Assembly: GCA_963784245.1 (NCBI GenBank)
Contig: CAWAQT010000009.1
Coordinates: 139,658 to 203,657 of the forward strand
Origin: an uncultured Alphaproteobacteria bacterium
GTDB taxonomy: Bacteria > Pseudomonadota > Alphaproteobacteria > Sphingomonadales > Sphingomonadaceae
DNA length: 64,000 nucleotides
Reading direction: 5' to 3'
Notes under the pieces: model-generated
What the model was told of the DNA's origin: nothing
The model's input: the letters and a program-made list of their open reading frames with translations, nothing else
The model's database searches: none
Part shown: positions 1-10,104 of the stretch, piece after piece
How positions within the stretch are numbered: the first letter of the stretch is position 1
Layout of the letters: each line of letters begins with the position of its first letter
Translations under genes and position numbers: made by a program

Positions 1-50
1 GGCATTCCGACAGCTTGACCGTTTCCTCGCAAAATGGTGTGGCCGCGTTA

Positions 51-1479
51 ATGGCCGAAAAACTGGTGTCGACAGAACCGTCGACCGGCGCGGAATTGTG
101 GTCGGGCGAGGTAGGCGACGCCGCCGCCGAGGTCGCGGCCGCGCGCGCAGCATGGCCGGAATGGGCCGCGCATTCGGTCGCCTATCGAATGGAGACCCTG
201 CGCCGTTTCGCGAACGTCGTTCGCAAGCGAAGCGACGAGTTCGCCGACCTGATCTCCCGCGAGACGGGAAAGCCGCTCTGGGAAACGAAGACCGAGGTCG
301 GCGCGGTCATCAACAAGGTCGAGATCTCGATCGCCGCTTATGCCGAACGGACGCCCCAGAAGAAGCTCGAAGCCGCGCTCGGCAGCAAGGTCGCCGTCCG
401 GCACAAGCCGCATGGCGTGCTCGCGGTGCTCGGGCCGTTCAACTTCCCCGCGCATCTGCCCAACGGGCACATCGTCCCGGCGCTCATTGCGGGTAATGCG
501 GTGGTCTTCAAACCTTCCGAGAAGACGCCTGCCAGCGGCGAGTTCCTCGTTCAATGCTATCACGAAGCGGGCGTGCCGGAAGGCGCCGTCCGGCTGCTGA
601 TCGGCGGCCCCGAGCAAGGTAAGGAACTAGCGTCGCAGCCCGGCATCGATGGCCTGCTGTTCACCGGCTCCGCCCGCGCAGGCTCTGCGTTGCACAAGCA
701 GTTTGCCGACACGCCCAGCAAGATCTTGGCGCTGGAGCTGGGTGGCAACAATCCGATCGTCGCCTGGAATCCCAAGGAACTGGACGCCGCGGCCGCGATC
801 ATCGTCCAGTCCGCTTTCCTTTCGGCGGGCCAGCGCTGCACGGCCGCGCGCCGTCTGATCGTGCGAGGACGGCAAGGAGAAGCAACTCGTAGCGAAGATC
901 GTGAAGCTGATGGACCGGATGATCATCGCCGAGCCGTTCGCGCACCCGCAGCCGTTCATGGGCTGCGTCATCGACAATGCCTCGGCGGATCACCTGCAGG
1001 AGCAATGGGTCGCGCTGATGATGAAGGGCGGACGGCCGATCCGGCGCCTGGAGCGCCCTGCCGACGACAAGCCGTTCCTCACTCCGGCGCTGATCGACGT
1101 GACGGACGCGAAGGACGTGCCGGACGAGGAAATGTTCGGGCCCGTCCTGCAGCTCATCCGCGTCAAGGACTTCGATGCGGCGATCGACGAAGCCAACAAC
1201 ACGCGCTTCGGCCTGGCCGCGAGCCTGATCGGCGGAAGTCCCGAGCAATACGACAATTTCTGGGCCAACGTCCGTGCGGGCGTCATCAACTGGAACAAGC
1301 CCACCAACGGGGCGCCGTCGACAGCTCCGTTCGGCGGGATCGGCATGTCGGGCAATCACCGTCCGAGCGCTTATTATGCCTCAGACTATTGCGCGTATCC
1401 GGTCACGAGCAGCGAAACGGACACGCTTCGCGGCAGTATCGGAGAGGGCCTGCGCGACCCGAATATGCAGGAAGACTGA
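51..1479 (+). CDS. astD: Succinylglutamate-semialdehyde dehydrogenase, split by one +1 frameshift near 863
   Basis: ALDH motifs GPFNFPAHLPNGH, FKPSEKTP, ELGGNNP and SAGQRCT in one frame; EEMFGP and SGNHRPSAYYASDYCAYP in the next. Span 1429 = 3n+1. Removing one base from gtgcgag restores ...LIVEDGKEKQLV... Confidence 0.88.
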
Positions 1480-1510
1480 ACCTTCTGAACAGCCGTAGCG
1501 TTCTTGCGGC

Positions 1511-2779
1511 GTGAGAGTTCATGATTGTATCGGCAAGGCCGTCGCCCTTGCCCTGTTGAGCGTTTCCCTGAGCAGCTGCGGAAACTCGAATCGAGTCGAC
1601 GCGGCAACGATCAAAGGCGAGGCAAAAGACGAGGTTCGGGCCTTCTACCAAGCCCGCGACTGGCAGACCGCCTGGGACGGCAAGTCCGAAAAGCAGCTCA
1701 TCGAGATCATCGACGGTGCGCCCGCGCATGGCTTGAAGCCCGAACTGTTCCTCAAAGGCGAATTGCCGGAAGATCGCGGCGACCGCGAGATCGCGCTGAC
1801 CACCGCGGCGCTCCGCTACGCCTCGGCGCTCGCCCGAGGCTATTCGGATCCCGCGAAACTCAGCGAAGTCTACACACTTCCCCGGCCGAAGGCCGACCTT
1901 GCGTCGGGTCTGGCGAAGGCGGTCCAGGAGGGAGAATTGGCCGGCTGGTACAATTCGCTGCCTCCGCAAACGGCGGAATATGGAACGCTCTCGGCGGAGT
2001 TCGTCCGCTACACGCGCCTGAACGGCAGTGCCAACCAGGTCGCAGGTGGGCGCGCACGGCTGCTCGCCGTGGCCATGGAGCGGCTTCGCTGGCTGGATCG
2101 CAATCCGCCGCAGACGCGGATCGACGTCAACACCGCCGCGGCCTTCCTCGAATATTGGCGGAACGGGCAAGCACGCGACCGGCGCAACGTCGTGGTCGGG
2201 GAGCCGGACTGGGAAACGCCGCAGCTCGGCTCACCCATCTTCCAGCTCGTTGCCCATCCGATATGGCGAGTGCCCAAATCGATCCTCAAGGACGAGCTCG
2301 CTGATAAGAGCCCGGCCTATCTCGCATCGCAGGGCATGGAGTGGCGCGAGGGCCGTCTCGTCCAGCTTCCCGGGCCGAAGAACTCGCTGGGCGACGTCAA
2401 GTTCGACATGCGCAACGATCAGGCCATCTACCTGCACGACACACCGGCGAAGGCGCTCTTCGGCCTGCCCGAGCGCCACCGGAGCCACGGCTGCGTCCGC
2501 GTACAGAATGCGCTTGGTTTCGCGCTGCTGCTTGCGCATGACGACGGCGTCCTGATGGACTTTCAGGAAGCGATGACGAAGGAAGACGAAACCTTCGTGA
2601 AGATGAAGACCGAGGTGCCCGTTCGCCTGATGTACCGAACGGCCTTTGTCGACGGCGGGCAAGTTCGCTTCGTCGAGGACATCTATGGCTGGGACGACGA
2701 TGTCGCTTTTGCGCTCGGTTACGTCCGCAAGCCTCCGCGAAAGAAGTCGGAGCACTCGCGCGGGGACGTCGGCCCCTAG
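1511..2779 (+). CDS. L,D-transpeptidase (YcbB/LdtD-like), probable lipoprotein
   Basis: Lipobox-like LSSC, VVVG motif, IYLHDTP...RSHGCVRV catalytic His/Cys motif. Confidence 0.88.
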   Translation: MRVHDCIGKAVALALLSVSLSSCGNSNRVDAATIKGEAKDEVRAFYQARDWQTAWDGKSEKQLIEIIDGAPAHGLKPELFLKGELPEDRGDREIALTTAALRYASALARGYSDPAKLSEVYTLPRPKADLASGLAKAVQEGELAGWYNSLPPQTAEYGTLSAEFVRYTRLNGSANQVAGGRARLLAVAMERLRWLDRNPPQTRIDVNTAAAFLEYWRNGQARDRRNVVVGEPDWETPQLGSPIFQLVAHPIWRVPKSILKDELADKSPAYLASQGMEWREGRLVQLPGPKNSLGDVKFDMRNDQAIYLHDTPAKALFGLPERHRSHGCVRVQNALGFALLLAHDDGVLMDFQEAMTKEDETFVKMKTEVPVRLMYRTAFVDGGQVRFVEDIYGWDDDVAFALGYVRKPPRKKSEHSRGDVGP

Positions 2780-4267
2780 CTACGCATCTCCGGCAGGTAA
2801 TTGTCGTCGGCCGCATCGCTGAACTTGGTAATGCGCGCGTCGAACTTCATTCGAACAGTGCCGGTGGAACCGTGGCGCTGCTTGGCCACGATGAGGTCCG
2901 CGCGGCCGTAGATCCTGTCCATCTCCTCCCGCCACTGCGCGATGTCCGGATGGTCGTCGTCCGGCTTCTTGGCCGCGAGATAATAGTCGCCGCGATAGAC
3001 GAACCAGACCATGTCCGCGTCCTGCTCGATCGAGCCCGATTCACGAAGGTCGGAAAGCTGCGGCCTCTTGTCCTCGCGCTGCTCGACCGCACGGCTCAGC
3101 TGCGAGAGCGCAAGCACCGGAACTTCGAGCTCCTTCGCTAGCTGCTTGAGACCGCGACTGATCTCGGAGATTTCCTGGACTCGGTTGTCGTTGCCGCTCC
3201 GGCCGGTGCCCTGCAGCAGCTGGAGATAGTCGACCACCACGAAGCCGATGCCCTTCTGGCGCTTGAGCCGGCGTGCACGCGTTCGAAGCGCGGCGATGGT
3301 CAGGCCCGGCGTATCATCGATGTAGAGCGGCAGGCTCTGCAACTCGGCTGCTGCCCGCGCCAGCTGGCGGAACTCCTGCTGGCTGATCTTGCCCATGCGC
3401 AGGTTCTCGGAGCTGATGCCCGATTCCTCGGCGAGGATACGGGTAGCCAGCTGGTCCGCTGACATTTCGAGGCTGAAGAAGGCCGTCGGAGCGCCGGCCG
3501 ACTTGGCAGGCTCGATTCCGTCCTCGATGTCCCTCGCGAACCTTTGCGCCGCCGCGAACGCGATATTGGTCGCGAGGGAGGTCTTGCCCATGCCCGGTCG
3601 GCCGGCGAGGATGACAAGGTCGGACTTGTGCAGGCCGCCAACCTTGGCGTTGATGCCCTCGAGGCCGGTCGTGATGCCGGAAAGGTGGCCGCCGCTATTG
3701 AGGGCCTTCTCCGCCATTTCAACAGCCAGCTTGGTCGCCTCGCCGAACGACTTCGCCTTGCCCTCGGCGCCGCCTTCTTCGGCAACCTTGTAGAGCTCGG
3801 TCTCCGCCTTCTCGATCTGCTCGAGCGGAGCCACGTCCTCACTGGTGTCGAGAGCGCCCTCCACCAGATCGCGCCCGACACCGATGAGCGCCCGAAGCAG
3901 GGCAAGGTCGTAGACCTGCTGGGCGAAGTCCTTCGCACCGATGATCGCAGCTCCGGACCCGGTGAGCGTCGCCAGGTACGACGGCCCGCCAAGCTCCTTC
4001 ATCGCCTCGTCGGCTTCGAAGGATGGGCGAAGCGTCACCGGGTTCGCGACCATGTTGCGATCGGTGAGCTTCAGGATCGAAATCGTAGATGCGTCCGTGC
4101 AGCGGCTCGAAGAAATGGTGCGCCTTCAGCTTCAGCTGCACGTCTTCGACGAGGCGATTGTCGATCATCAGCGCGCCAAGAAGCGCGGCCTCCGCTTCGA
4201 CATTCTGCGGGAGCGCTGCACTTGCCGCCGGCGCGGCGGATTCTGCGATACGGATAACTTCGGCCAT
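2776..4267 (-). CDS. dnaB: Replicative DNA helicase, split by one +1 frameshift near 4081
   Basis: N-terminal PQNVEAEAALLGALM in ORF 3839-4294; GRPGMGKT, DYLQL, LSQLSR and DLRESGSIEQDAD in ORF 2776-4053. One extra A in an AAA run; removing it gives ...IYDSILKLTDRNMVANP. Confidence 0.93.
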
Positions 4268-4331
4268 GACCCCTCTTGGCCGCGGAACGGCCACCCTCCA
4301 ACGAGAACAGAAGTAGCACAGCGGGTGGAAG

Positions 4332-4408
4332 CTGTGGATAGGTTGTGAGCCGTTTGGGCTACGCTAACGGCTGACCCCGCCATTTTTGGCCGAGCTCTGC
4401 ATCCACAG
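4332..4408. promoter_or_regulatory. Pair of inverted DnaA-box-like sites in the dnaB/dcd divergent spacer
   Basis: TGTGGATAG (4333-4341, 1 mismatch to TGTGGATAA) and GCATCCACA (4399-4407). CTGTGGAT/ATCCACAG is a perfect 8-bp inverted pair. Confidence 0.4.
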
Positions 4409-4460
4409 AAAAAAGACGGAGCCGATTGAAGGGTGAAATGGCGGTCGTTAGCCACCGGCC

Positions 4461-5015
4461 ATGGCCATTCTTTCCGACCGCTGGATTCGCGAGCAGGCTC
4501 AAGCCCACAGCATGATCGAGCCGTTCGTGGAGGCGCAGCGGCGCGAAGGCTGCATCAGCTACGGCCTCAGCTCCTACGGCTATGACGCGCGCGTCGCGGA
4601 CGAGTTCAAGATCTTCACCAATGTCGACAATGCGATCGTCGACCCGAAGGACTTCGCCTCGAACAGCTTCGTCGACCGCAAGACCGACTGCTGCATCATC
4701 CCGCCCAACAGCTTCGCCCTCGCCCGCACGGTCGAATATTTCCGCGTGCCGCGCGACGTGCTCGTCATCTGCCTCGGCAAGTCCACCTACGCCCGTTGTG
4801 GCATCATCGTGAACGTCACTCCGCTCGAGCCGGGCTGGGAAGGGCACGTAACGCTGGAATTCTCCAACACCACGCCGCTGCCCGCGAAGGTCTACGCGAA
4901 CGAGGGCGCCTGCCAGTTCCTGTTCCTGCAGGGTAACGAGCCGTGCGAAGTGACCTACGCCGACCGCGCGGGCAAATATATGGGCCAGCGCGGGGTCACC
5001 TTGCCCAAGCTGTAA
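4461..5015 (+). CDS. dcd: dCTP deaminase
   Basis: [28 protein letters not shown] motifs. Confidence 0.96.
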   Translation: MAILSDRWIREQAQAHSMIEPFVEAQRREGCISYGLSSYGYDARVADEFKIFTNVDNAIVDPKDFASNSFVDRKTDCCIIPPNSFALARTVEYFRVPRDVLVICLGKSTYARCGIIVNVTPLEPGWEGHVTLEFSNTTPLPAKVYANEGACQFLFLQGNEPCEVTYADRAGKYMGQRGVTLPKL

Positions 5016-5039
5016 AGGTCACTTTGCCCTAGCTGTAAA
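4994..5039 (+). repeat. 23-bp tandem duplication of the dcd 3' end
   Basis: GGTCACCTTGCCCAAGCTGTAAA (4994-5016) followed by GGTCACTTTGCCCTAGCTGTAAA (5017-5039), 21/23 identical. Confidence 0.9.
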
Positions 5040-5068
5040 GGCGTCTTTCCCCCTTCCGAGGGACGCCT
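5039..5068 (+). terminator. GC hairpin after dcd (possible terminator, no U-tract)
   Basis: AGGCGTCTTTC...GAGGGACGCCT inverted repeat with G-U pairs. Confidence 0.35.
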
Positions 5069-5103
5069 CCTCCAGCCTGTTTCGAAACGGGACTCGCTCG
5101 TAG

Positions 5104-5119
5104 TTAAAAAATCGTTACC
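5104..5119 (+). promoter_or_regulatory. CtrA-like box upstream of the PEP-CTERM gene
   Basis: TTAA-N7-TTACC, 1 mismatch to TTAA-N7-TTAAC, in an AT-rich patch. Confidence 0.5.
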
Positions 5120-5213
5120 GACACAGGCCAAAATGCGTTAATAAAACCTATACCCACGGCTCGAATGGCGAGTCGCGACAGGGGTCCATCGCCCCTCAAC
5201 AGGGAGGTGTCGA

Positions 5214-5768
5214 ATGCGTAAGATGGTTCTTGCATCGCTTGCCAGCATGGCTTTGGTCTCGGCGTCACCGGCCTTGGCCGACAAGTCGAACAAAAGCGTC
5301 CTGACCTCAGTGGATGCTTGTTCGATGATCTGTGACGGACCGACGACCGTTGGCGCCGAAACGACAATCGGCTTTACCGAAGCCGGTCTTGCCAATCCGA
5401 CGTTCACCGAGTGGCTGACGTTCACGAACGATATGGCCGGCATGTACGCTCTGACGATGGACACCAGTTCGACCGGGATCGACTTCACCAGCGCGATCCT
5501 GACGGGTCCGGGCGGTCCGTATGAGATGATCAAAGAGTTCGACAATGGCGTTTCCGAGTTCTGGAACCTGTCGAGCCTCTTCCTTGAAGCCGGCACCTAC
5601 CAGCTGACGATCAACGGCAATAATAGCTCGACCGGGTCGCTGGGCGGCACCGTGACGATCAATGCGGTTCCGGAACCCGGCACATGGGCAATGATGCTCC
5701 TGGGCTTCGGCGCCGCCGGCTACGCAATGCGTCGCCGCCGCGCTCCGGCTCTCGCGCAAGTCGCGTAA
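5214..5768 (+). CDS. PEPxxWA-CTERM sorting-domain surface protein (FxDxF-like)
   Basis: Signal peptide; C-terminal VPEPGTWAMMLLGFGAAGYAMRRRR; GGGAGG RBS. Confidence 0.9.
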   Translation: MRKMVLASLASMALVSASPALADKSNKSVLTSVDACSMICDGPTTVGAETTIGFTEAGLANPTFTEWLTFTNDMAGMYALTMDTSSTGIDFTSAILTGPGGPYEMIKEFDNGVSEFWNLSSLFLEAGTYQLTINGNNSSTGSLGGTVTINAVPEPGTWAMMLLGFGAAGYAMRRRRAPALAQVA

Positions 5769-5789
5769 ACGACGACAGACTTGTAATTC

Positions 5790-5825
5790 AAAAGGGCGGC
5801 TCTCGCGAGCCGCCCTTTTCTTTTG
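5790..5825. terminator. Bidirectional rho-independent terminator
   Basis: AAAAGGGCGGCTC-TCGC-GAGCCGCCCTTTT followed by CTTTT, between convergent genes. Confidence 0.9.
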
Positions 5826-5865
5826 TCTACCGTCCACGGTCCTTGGTTGGTTGCGGCTCGTACCC

Positions 5866-6492
5866 TCAGGACTTGAGCAGCACCGACTTCTCGCTCTGCG
5901 CCTTGGCGTGCGCCGCATCCTCCGCGAGCAGCTTCCGCGACCGGATGATCGTCTCCACCCATCCGGCGAAAGCATGTGCCAACGTTGTCACAAGCTCCTT
6001 CAGCGGGCCCTCTTTCAAACAACCGTCCTGATCGAAACTGTCGTCCGTCACGTGGCCGAGGTAGGCCTCCGGCTGCTGCATCACCGGCATGTTGAGGAAC
6101 ACACAGGCCTGGCGGATCTGATGGTTCGCGCCGAAACCGCCGATCGATCCGGGTGAAGCGGTGACAATGGCGGCGGGCTTTTTGTCGAACACGCTCTGGC
6201 CGTAGGGCCGCGAACCGACGTCGATGGCGTTCTTCAGAACGCCGGGGATGCCGCGATTATATTCGGGCGAAACGAAGAGAACTCCGTCCGCCGCCGCGAT
6301 CTCCCTGCGGAAACGGACATATTGCTCCGGCGGATTGGCGTCCGAATCCTGGTTGTAGAGTGGCAGGTCGCCGATCTCGATCATCGAGCAGTCGAGATTG
6401 TCGTTGCGCAGCGCGCAGATGGATTGAGCAACCTTCCGGTTTAGGCTGTCTTTCCGCAGGCTGCCGACGATGATCGCGATCTTGTAAGCCAC
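5866..6492 (-). CDS. NADPH-dependent FMN reductase (ChrR-like)
   Basis: GSLRKDSLN, SPEYNRGIPGVLKNAID, SPGSIGG motifs. Confidence 0.9.
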   Translation of the reverse strand: MAYKIAIIVGSLRKDSLNRKVAQSICALRNDNLDCSMIEIGDLPLYNQDSDANPPEQYVRFRREIAAADGVLFVSPEYNRGIPGVLKNAIDVGSRPYGQSVFDKKPAAIVTASPGSIGGFGANHQIRQACVFLNMPVMQQPEAYLGHVTDDSFDQDGCLKEGPLKELVTTLAHAFAGWVETIIRSRKLLAEDAAHAKAQSEKSVLLKS

Positions 6493-6519
6493 GGCCCCTT
6501 CTCCTTCGAATATGGCTCC

Positions 6520-6544
6520 AATGAGCGCACGCCGTAAAGGTTGC
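6520..6544 (-). promoter_or_regulatory. EcfG/SigT-like general-stress promoter
   Basis: GCAAC-N16-CATT about 28 nt before the start codon, with GAAGGAG RBS. Confidence 0.5.
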
Positions 6545-6552
6545 TACTGTCG

Positions 6553-7407
6553 TCAGGGCATTCGCCGTGCCCGCTCGACAAGATAGGCATGAATGGCGGC
6601 GATCTCCTTGTCATCCAGATGTTTGAAGTCGCTGCGGGCGACTTCGCCCATCATCCCCATCTGCTTGCCACCCGGAGCAATACCCTTCCGTAACAGCGTC
6701 TTGAACTGCTCGGCGTCATAGGCTCCGACAATGGACAGATCCGCCGACACAGTGCCTGGTTTCACTTCCTGCCCCTCCAGATTGGGGCCGTGGCACTCCG
6801 CGCAATTGACCGCGACGATGTGGCGGCCCCTAGCGAACTGCGGACCAAGGTCTGCGAGTGGCGATGCTCGATAAAGGTCGACGAGATCCGGCGCGGTACG
6901 GAATTTGCCGCTTGCAAGGCCCACGCGCCCGATCGGTCCGATGCTCGTGGGCGGAGTTTCGCGACCGGCCCTTGGCATTGTCCGGATAGCGGATATCAGC
7001 GCTGCGACCTCCGCATCGGTCAGGAACTGATAGCCCTCGGACGGCATCACCAGCAGCGAGCGTCCATCATGGCCAATCCCCTGGCGAATTGCCTGGGCAA
7101 GCTGCTGGTCCGATGCCTTGGCCGCGACCTGTGTCAGGTTCGACGCGTAAATCTTGGCTAGGTTCGGTTCATCCATGAAGAGGTCGCCCCGAAGCAACTC
7201 GCCATGACAGCTCACACAGCCGAGCACACGGAGTTGTCGCGGACCGTCGGCGAGTTGCGCCGCCGTCGGCGTCACCAGCCGTTCCGGCTTGGCCGCGTGC
7301 GCCCGAAGCTCCCTGGATGAGACGACCCATACGTAGCCGGCGGCCACCAGGGCCAGCAGCAACAGCACGCCCAGGACGTATCCCGTCCAACGCAACAGCT
7401 TTGCCAT
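6553..7407 (-). CDS. Membrane-anchored diheme cytochrome c
   Basis: N-terminal TM helix; CVSCH and CAECH heme-binding motifs; distal Met candidates. Confidence 0.88.
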   Translation of the reverse strand: MAKLLRWTGYVLGVLLLLALVAAGYVWVVSSRELRAHAAKPERLVTPTAAQLADGPRQLRVLGCVSCHGELLRGDLFMDEPNLAKIYASNLTQVAAKASDQQLAQAIRQGIGHDGRSLLVMPSEGYQFLTDAEVAALISAIRTMPRAGRETPPTSIGPIGRVGLASGKFRTAPDLVDLYRASPLADLGPQFARGRHIVAVNCAECHGPNLEGQEVKPGTVSADLSIVGAYDAEQFKTLLRKGIAPGGKQMGMMGEVARSDFKHLDDKEIAAIHAYLVERARRMP

Positions 7408-7446
7408 GCCCAATTGCCCCCAATTGATAGGGTCCCATAGCCGCTT

Positions 7447-9795
7447 TCAGCGGCGGCGGGAATCGTGACGGATATTCGCCGGCCGGCCGCGCCGGGAGGT
7501 GGTTCGTACGCGGTCGCGTCGCTCCGGTCGCGAGCGCCGACCGCCGTAGCTGCCTTCGGGAAGCTCGAACCGCAGGGAACCGGATACGGGGTTGGCGTCG
7601 GCAAGCCGCAAGGTCAGCCGCTGACCGACGCGATATATCTCGCCGCTTTCCTCGCCGACGAGCTGCCGCGCGGCCTCGTCATAGCGAAAATATTCCTGGC
7701 CGAGCGTCTGGGCGAGCACGAGACCATCGCCTCCCAAATCCTCGACCGTCGCAAAAAACCCGAAGGGCTGGACGCCGGTGATGCGGCATTGGACGAGCTG
7801 GCCGATCTGGTCGGCGAGATAGGCCGCCACGTAGCGATCGATCGTTTCGCGCTCGGCCTCCATGGCGCGGCGTTCGAGCATGGAGATCTTCTCGCCGATT
7901 TCCTCGAAGCGCTCTTCATCGCCCTGCGGCAGCCCGCCCTCCCCCATCCTATAGGCGCTGACGAGCGAGCGATGGACGAGAAGGTCCGCGTAACGCCGGA
8001 TCGGCGAGGTGAAATGGGCATAGGTCGCCAGCGCGAGACCGAAGTGGCCCAGCCGCTCCGGCGCGTAGCGGGCCTGCATCTGAGTTCGCAGCAGTTGCTC
8101 CATGATCTCTTCGCGACCGCTGGAGTCGCCGACCCGCTCGATGATCCGGTTGAAGGTGCCCGGCTTGACTACCTGCCCGAGCGCGAACTCGAGATCGAAG
8201 GTCGCCAGGTAATCCTTGAGCGCGACCAGCTTTTCGCGGCTCGGCCCCTCGTGGACTCGGTACATGACCGGCGCCTTCTTCGCCTCCAGCGCGCGGGCGG
8301 CGGCGACATTGGCCGCAATCATGAAGTCCTCGACCAGCCGATGCGCATCGAGCCGGTCGCGGGGGGCGATCGAGTTGATGCGGCCCTTTTCGTCGAGCAT
8401 GACGCGGCGCTCGGGAATGTCGAGTTCGAGCGGCTCGCGCTTGTTGCGGGCGGCCAGAAGGGCGTGCCAGGCGCCCCATAACGGCTGCAGCGCGGCGCGG
8501 ACCAGCTCGTCGGGAACGGCGCCATCGACCTGGGGCATCGAACAGGTTGGGGAGGAGACTTCCGTCCTCTCTTCATCCGCAGCATCGATCGCGGCTTGTG
8601 CATCTTCGTATGCAATGTTTGCAGCGACGCAAATCTTCGCTCGCGAGAAGCGCCAGCTCTTGAGAGAGCCGTCCTTGGCGATTGTCAGGTGACAGGCCAT
8701 TGCGGCGCGGACCTGGCCCTCTTTCAGCGAGCAGATGTCGGCGGACAGTTCTTCCGGCAGCATCGGGACAACACGGTCGGGGAAATAGACGCTGTTGCCG
8801 CGCTCCCGCGCTTCGCGGTCGAGCTCGGAACCGGGGCGGACGTAGTAGCTGACGTCGGCGATGGCGACGATCGCCTTCCATCCGCCCTTGTTATCTTCAT
8901 CATCGTCCGGGGAGGCCCAGATGGCGTCGTCATGGTCGCGGGCATCGGCGGGGTCGATCGCGACGATCGGCAGGTGAGTCAGATCCTCTCGTTCGCCGAG
9001 GGGCAGCGTCGCGACCCGATGCGCCTCGTCGATCGCTTCCTGCCGGAATTCGTGGCGCAGGCCGTGCTTGTGAATGGCGATGAGGCTGAAGCTGCGCGGA
9101 GCGAACGGATCGCCGAGGACGGCATCGACCCGCGCCGTCACGCGCGGCGGTCGTCCCGAGACTTCGCACAGCACCAGGTCGCCCGGCTCCGCGTCCTTGA
9201 GGTCGCTGATCGCGAGTTCGCGCCGTTCCTTCTTCTCCACCGGTGTCAGCCAGAAGCGCTCGCCCTCCTTGCGGACGACGCCGAGCACCAGCTCGGCCGT
9301 GCGCATCAGCTTCTTCATTGGATGCGCGGCATAGCCCTGCCCACGCTCCTCCGTGCGGGCGAGGATGCGGTCGCCGATACCGAGAGCACCAGGCCGGCCG
9401 CGCTCGATCACGCGAAGCCGTGGGGGCGGGCCTTCCGCATGCCATTGTTCGGGCACGGCGAAGATGTTGCCGCTGTCGTCGGCTTCGACGACCCTCAGCA
9501 CGGTGACTTTCGGCACGCCGCCGGACTTGTGGAAGGCGCGGCCGGGAGCGCTGTCGATCAGCCCCTCGTCGGCCATGTCCTTGAGCAAGGCCTTGAGCAG
9601 GATCTTGTCCTGGGCGGAAAGGCCGAAAGCGCGCGCGATCTCGCGCTTGCCGGCCGGCTGGTCGGACGTCGCGATGAAGTCGAGGATTTGCTTGCGGCTG
9701 GGCAAACCAGGGGACCGATCGCTCGATCGATTGCGAGGAGGTCGTGATGGCCGGGGCGGCCGGGGGGTTCTTGGAGTTCGGGGCGGTCGAGCCAT
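7447..9795 (-). CDS. rnr: Ribonuclease R
   Basis: IDPADARDHDDA, SVYFPDRVVPMLP, HFTSPIRRYADL; C-terminal S1 domain and basic tail. Confidence 0.95.
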   Translation of the reverse strand: MARPPRTPRTPRPPRPSRPPRNRSSDRSPGLPSRKQILDFIATSDQPAGKREIARAFGLSAQDKILLKALLKDMADEGLIDSAPGRAFHKSGGVPKVTVLRVVEADDSGNIFAVPEQWHAEGPPPRLRVIERGRPGALGIGDRILARTEERGQGYAAHPMKKLMRTAELVLGVVRKEGERFWLTPVEKKERRELAISDLKDAEPGDLVLCEVSGRPPRVTARVDAVLGDPFAPRSFSLIAIHKHGLRHEFRQEAIDEAHRVATLPLGEREDLTHLPIVAIDPADARDHDDAIWASPDDDEDNKGGWKAIVAIADVSYYVRPGSELDREARERGNSVYFPDRVVPMLPEELSADICSLKEGQVRAAMACHLTIAKDGSLKSWRFSRAKICVAANIAYEDAQAAIDAADEERTEVSSPTCSMPQVDGAVPDELVRAALQPLWGAWHALLAARNKREPLELDIPERRVMLDEKGRINSIAPRDRLDAHRLVEDFMIAANVAAARALEAKKAPVMYRVHEGPSREKLVALKDYLATFDLEFALGQVVKPGTFNRIIERVGDSSGREEIMEQLLRTQMQARYAPERLGHFGLALATYAHFTSPIRRYADLLVHRSLVSAYRMGEGGLPQGDEERFEEIGEKISMLERRAMEAERETIDRYVAAYLADQIGQLVQCRITGVQPFGFFATVEDLGGDGLVLAQTLGQEYFRYDEAARQLVGEESGEIYRVGQRLTLRLADANPVSGSLRFELPEGSYGGRRSRPERRDRVRTTSRRGRPANIRHDSRRR

Positions 9796-9814
9796 GATGA
9801 AGCCCTAAACGCGC

Positions 9815-10078
9815 CTAGCGTAGCTGGCTATCCTTACTCCCCCGCCGATTGATGGTGGAATGCGTGACCGCCTTGTCGCGTGTCGATTGACAGGCGATGC
9901 AGGTGCGGACGCCCGGAAGCGCCTCCCGCCGCTTCTTCGGGATAGGTTCGCCACAATCGTCGCATTCCTCGGCGCTCTCGCCCTGCGGCGTGAGTGCGCG
10001 AGCGCGAAGGATCGCGTCCTTCACCGTGTCATCGATCTGGTCCTGAACAGCGCCATCGCGCGTCCATCCGCCGGCCAT
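9815..10078 (-). CDS. DksA/TraR C4-type zinc finger protein (YbiI-like)
   Basis: MAGGWTRDGAVQDQ, CDDC...CIAC, NRRGSKDSQLR; AGGAG RBS. Confidence 0.92.
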   Translation of the reverse strand: MAGGWTRDGAVQDQIDDTVKDAILRARALTPQGESAEECDDCGEPIPKKRREALPGVRTCIACQSTRDKAVTHSTINRRGSKDSQLR

Positions 10079-10104
10079 GAGCCGTCTCCTCAACAGACTA
10101 ACAT

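Noticed and set aside
1477-1502. TGAAC...GTT EcfG-like element before the L,D-transpeptidase
   Set aside because: The spacer is 18 nt, outside the usual 16-17.
15-1514. 499-aa ORF read as a novel AstD fusion
   Set aside because: The C-terminal part is out-of-frame read-through after the indel; the true C-terminus is in ORF 901-1479.
4070-4090. Programmed frameshift in dnaB
   Set aside because: No slippery heptamer or stimulatory structure seen; the same +1 pattern in two unrelated genes favours sequencing error.
7409-7426. CCCAATTG twice upstream of the cytochrome c gene
   Set aside because: Short, overlaps the RBS, and has no second occurrence to support a regulatory role.
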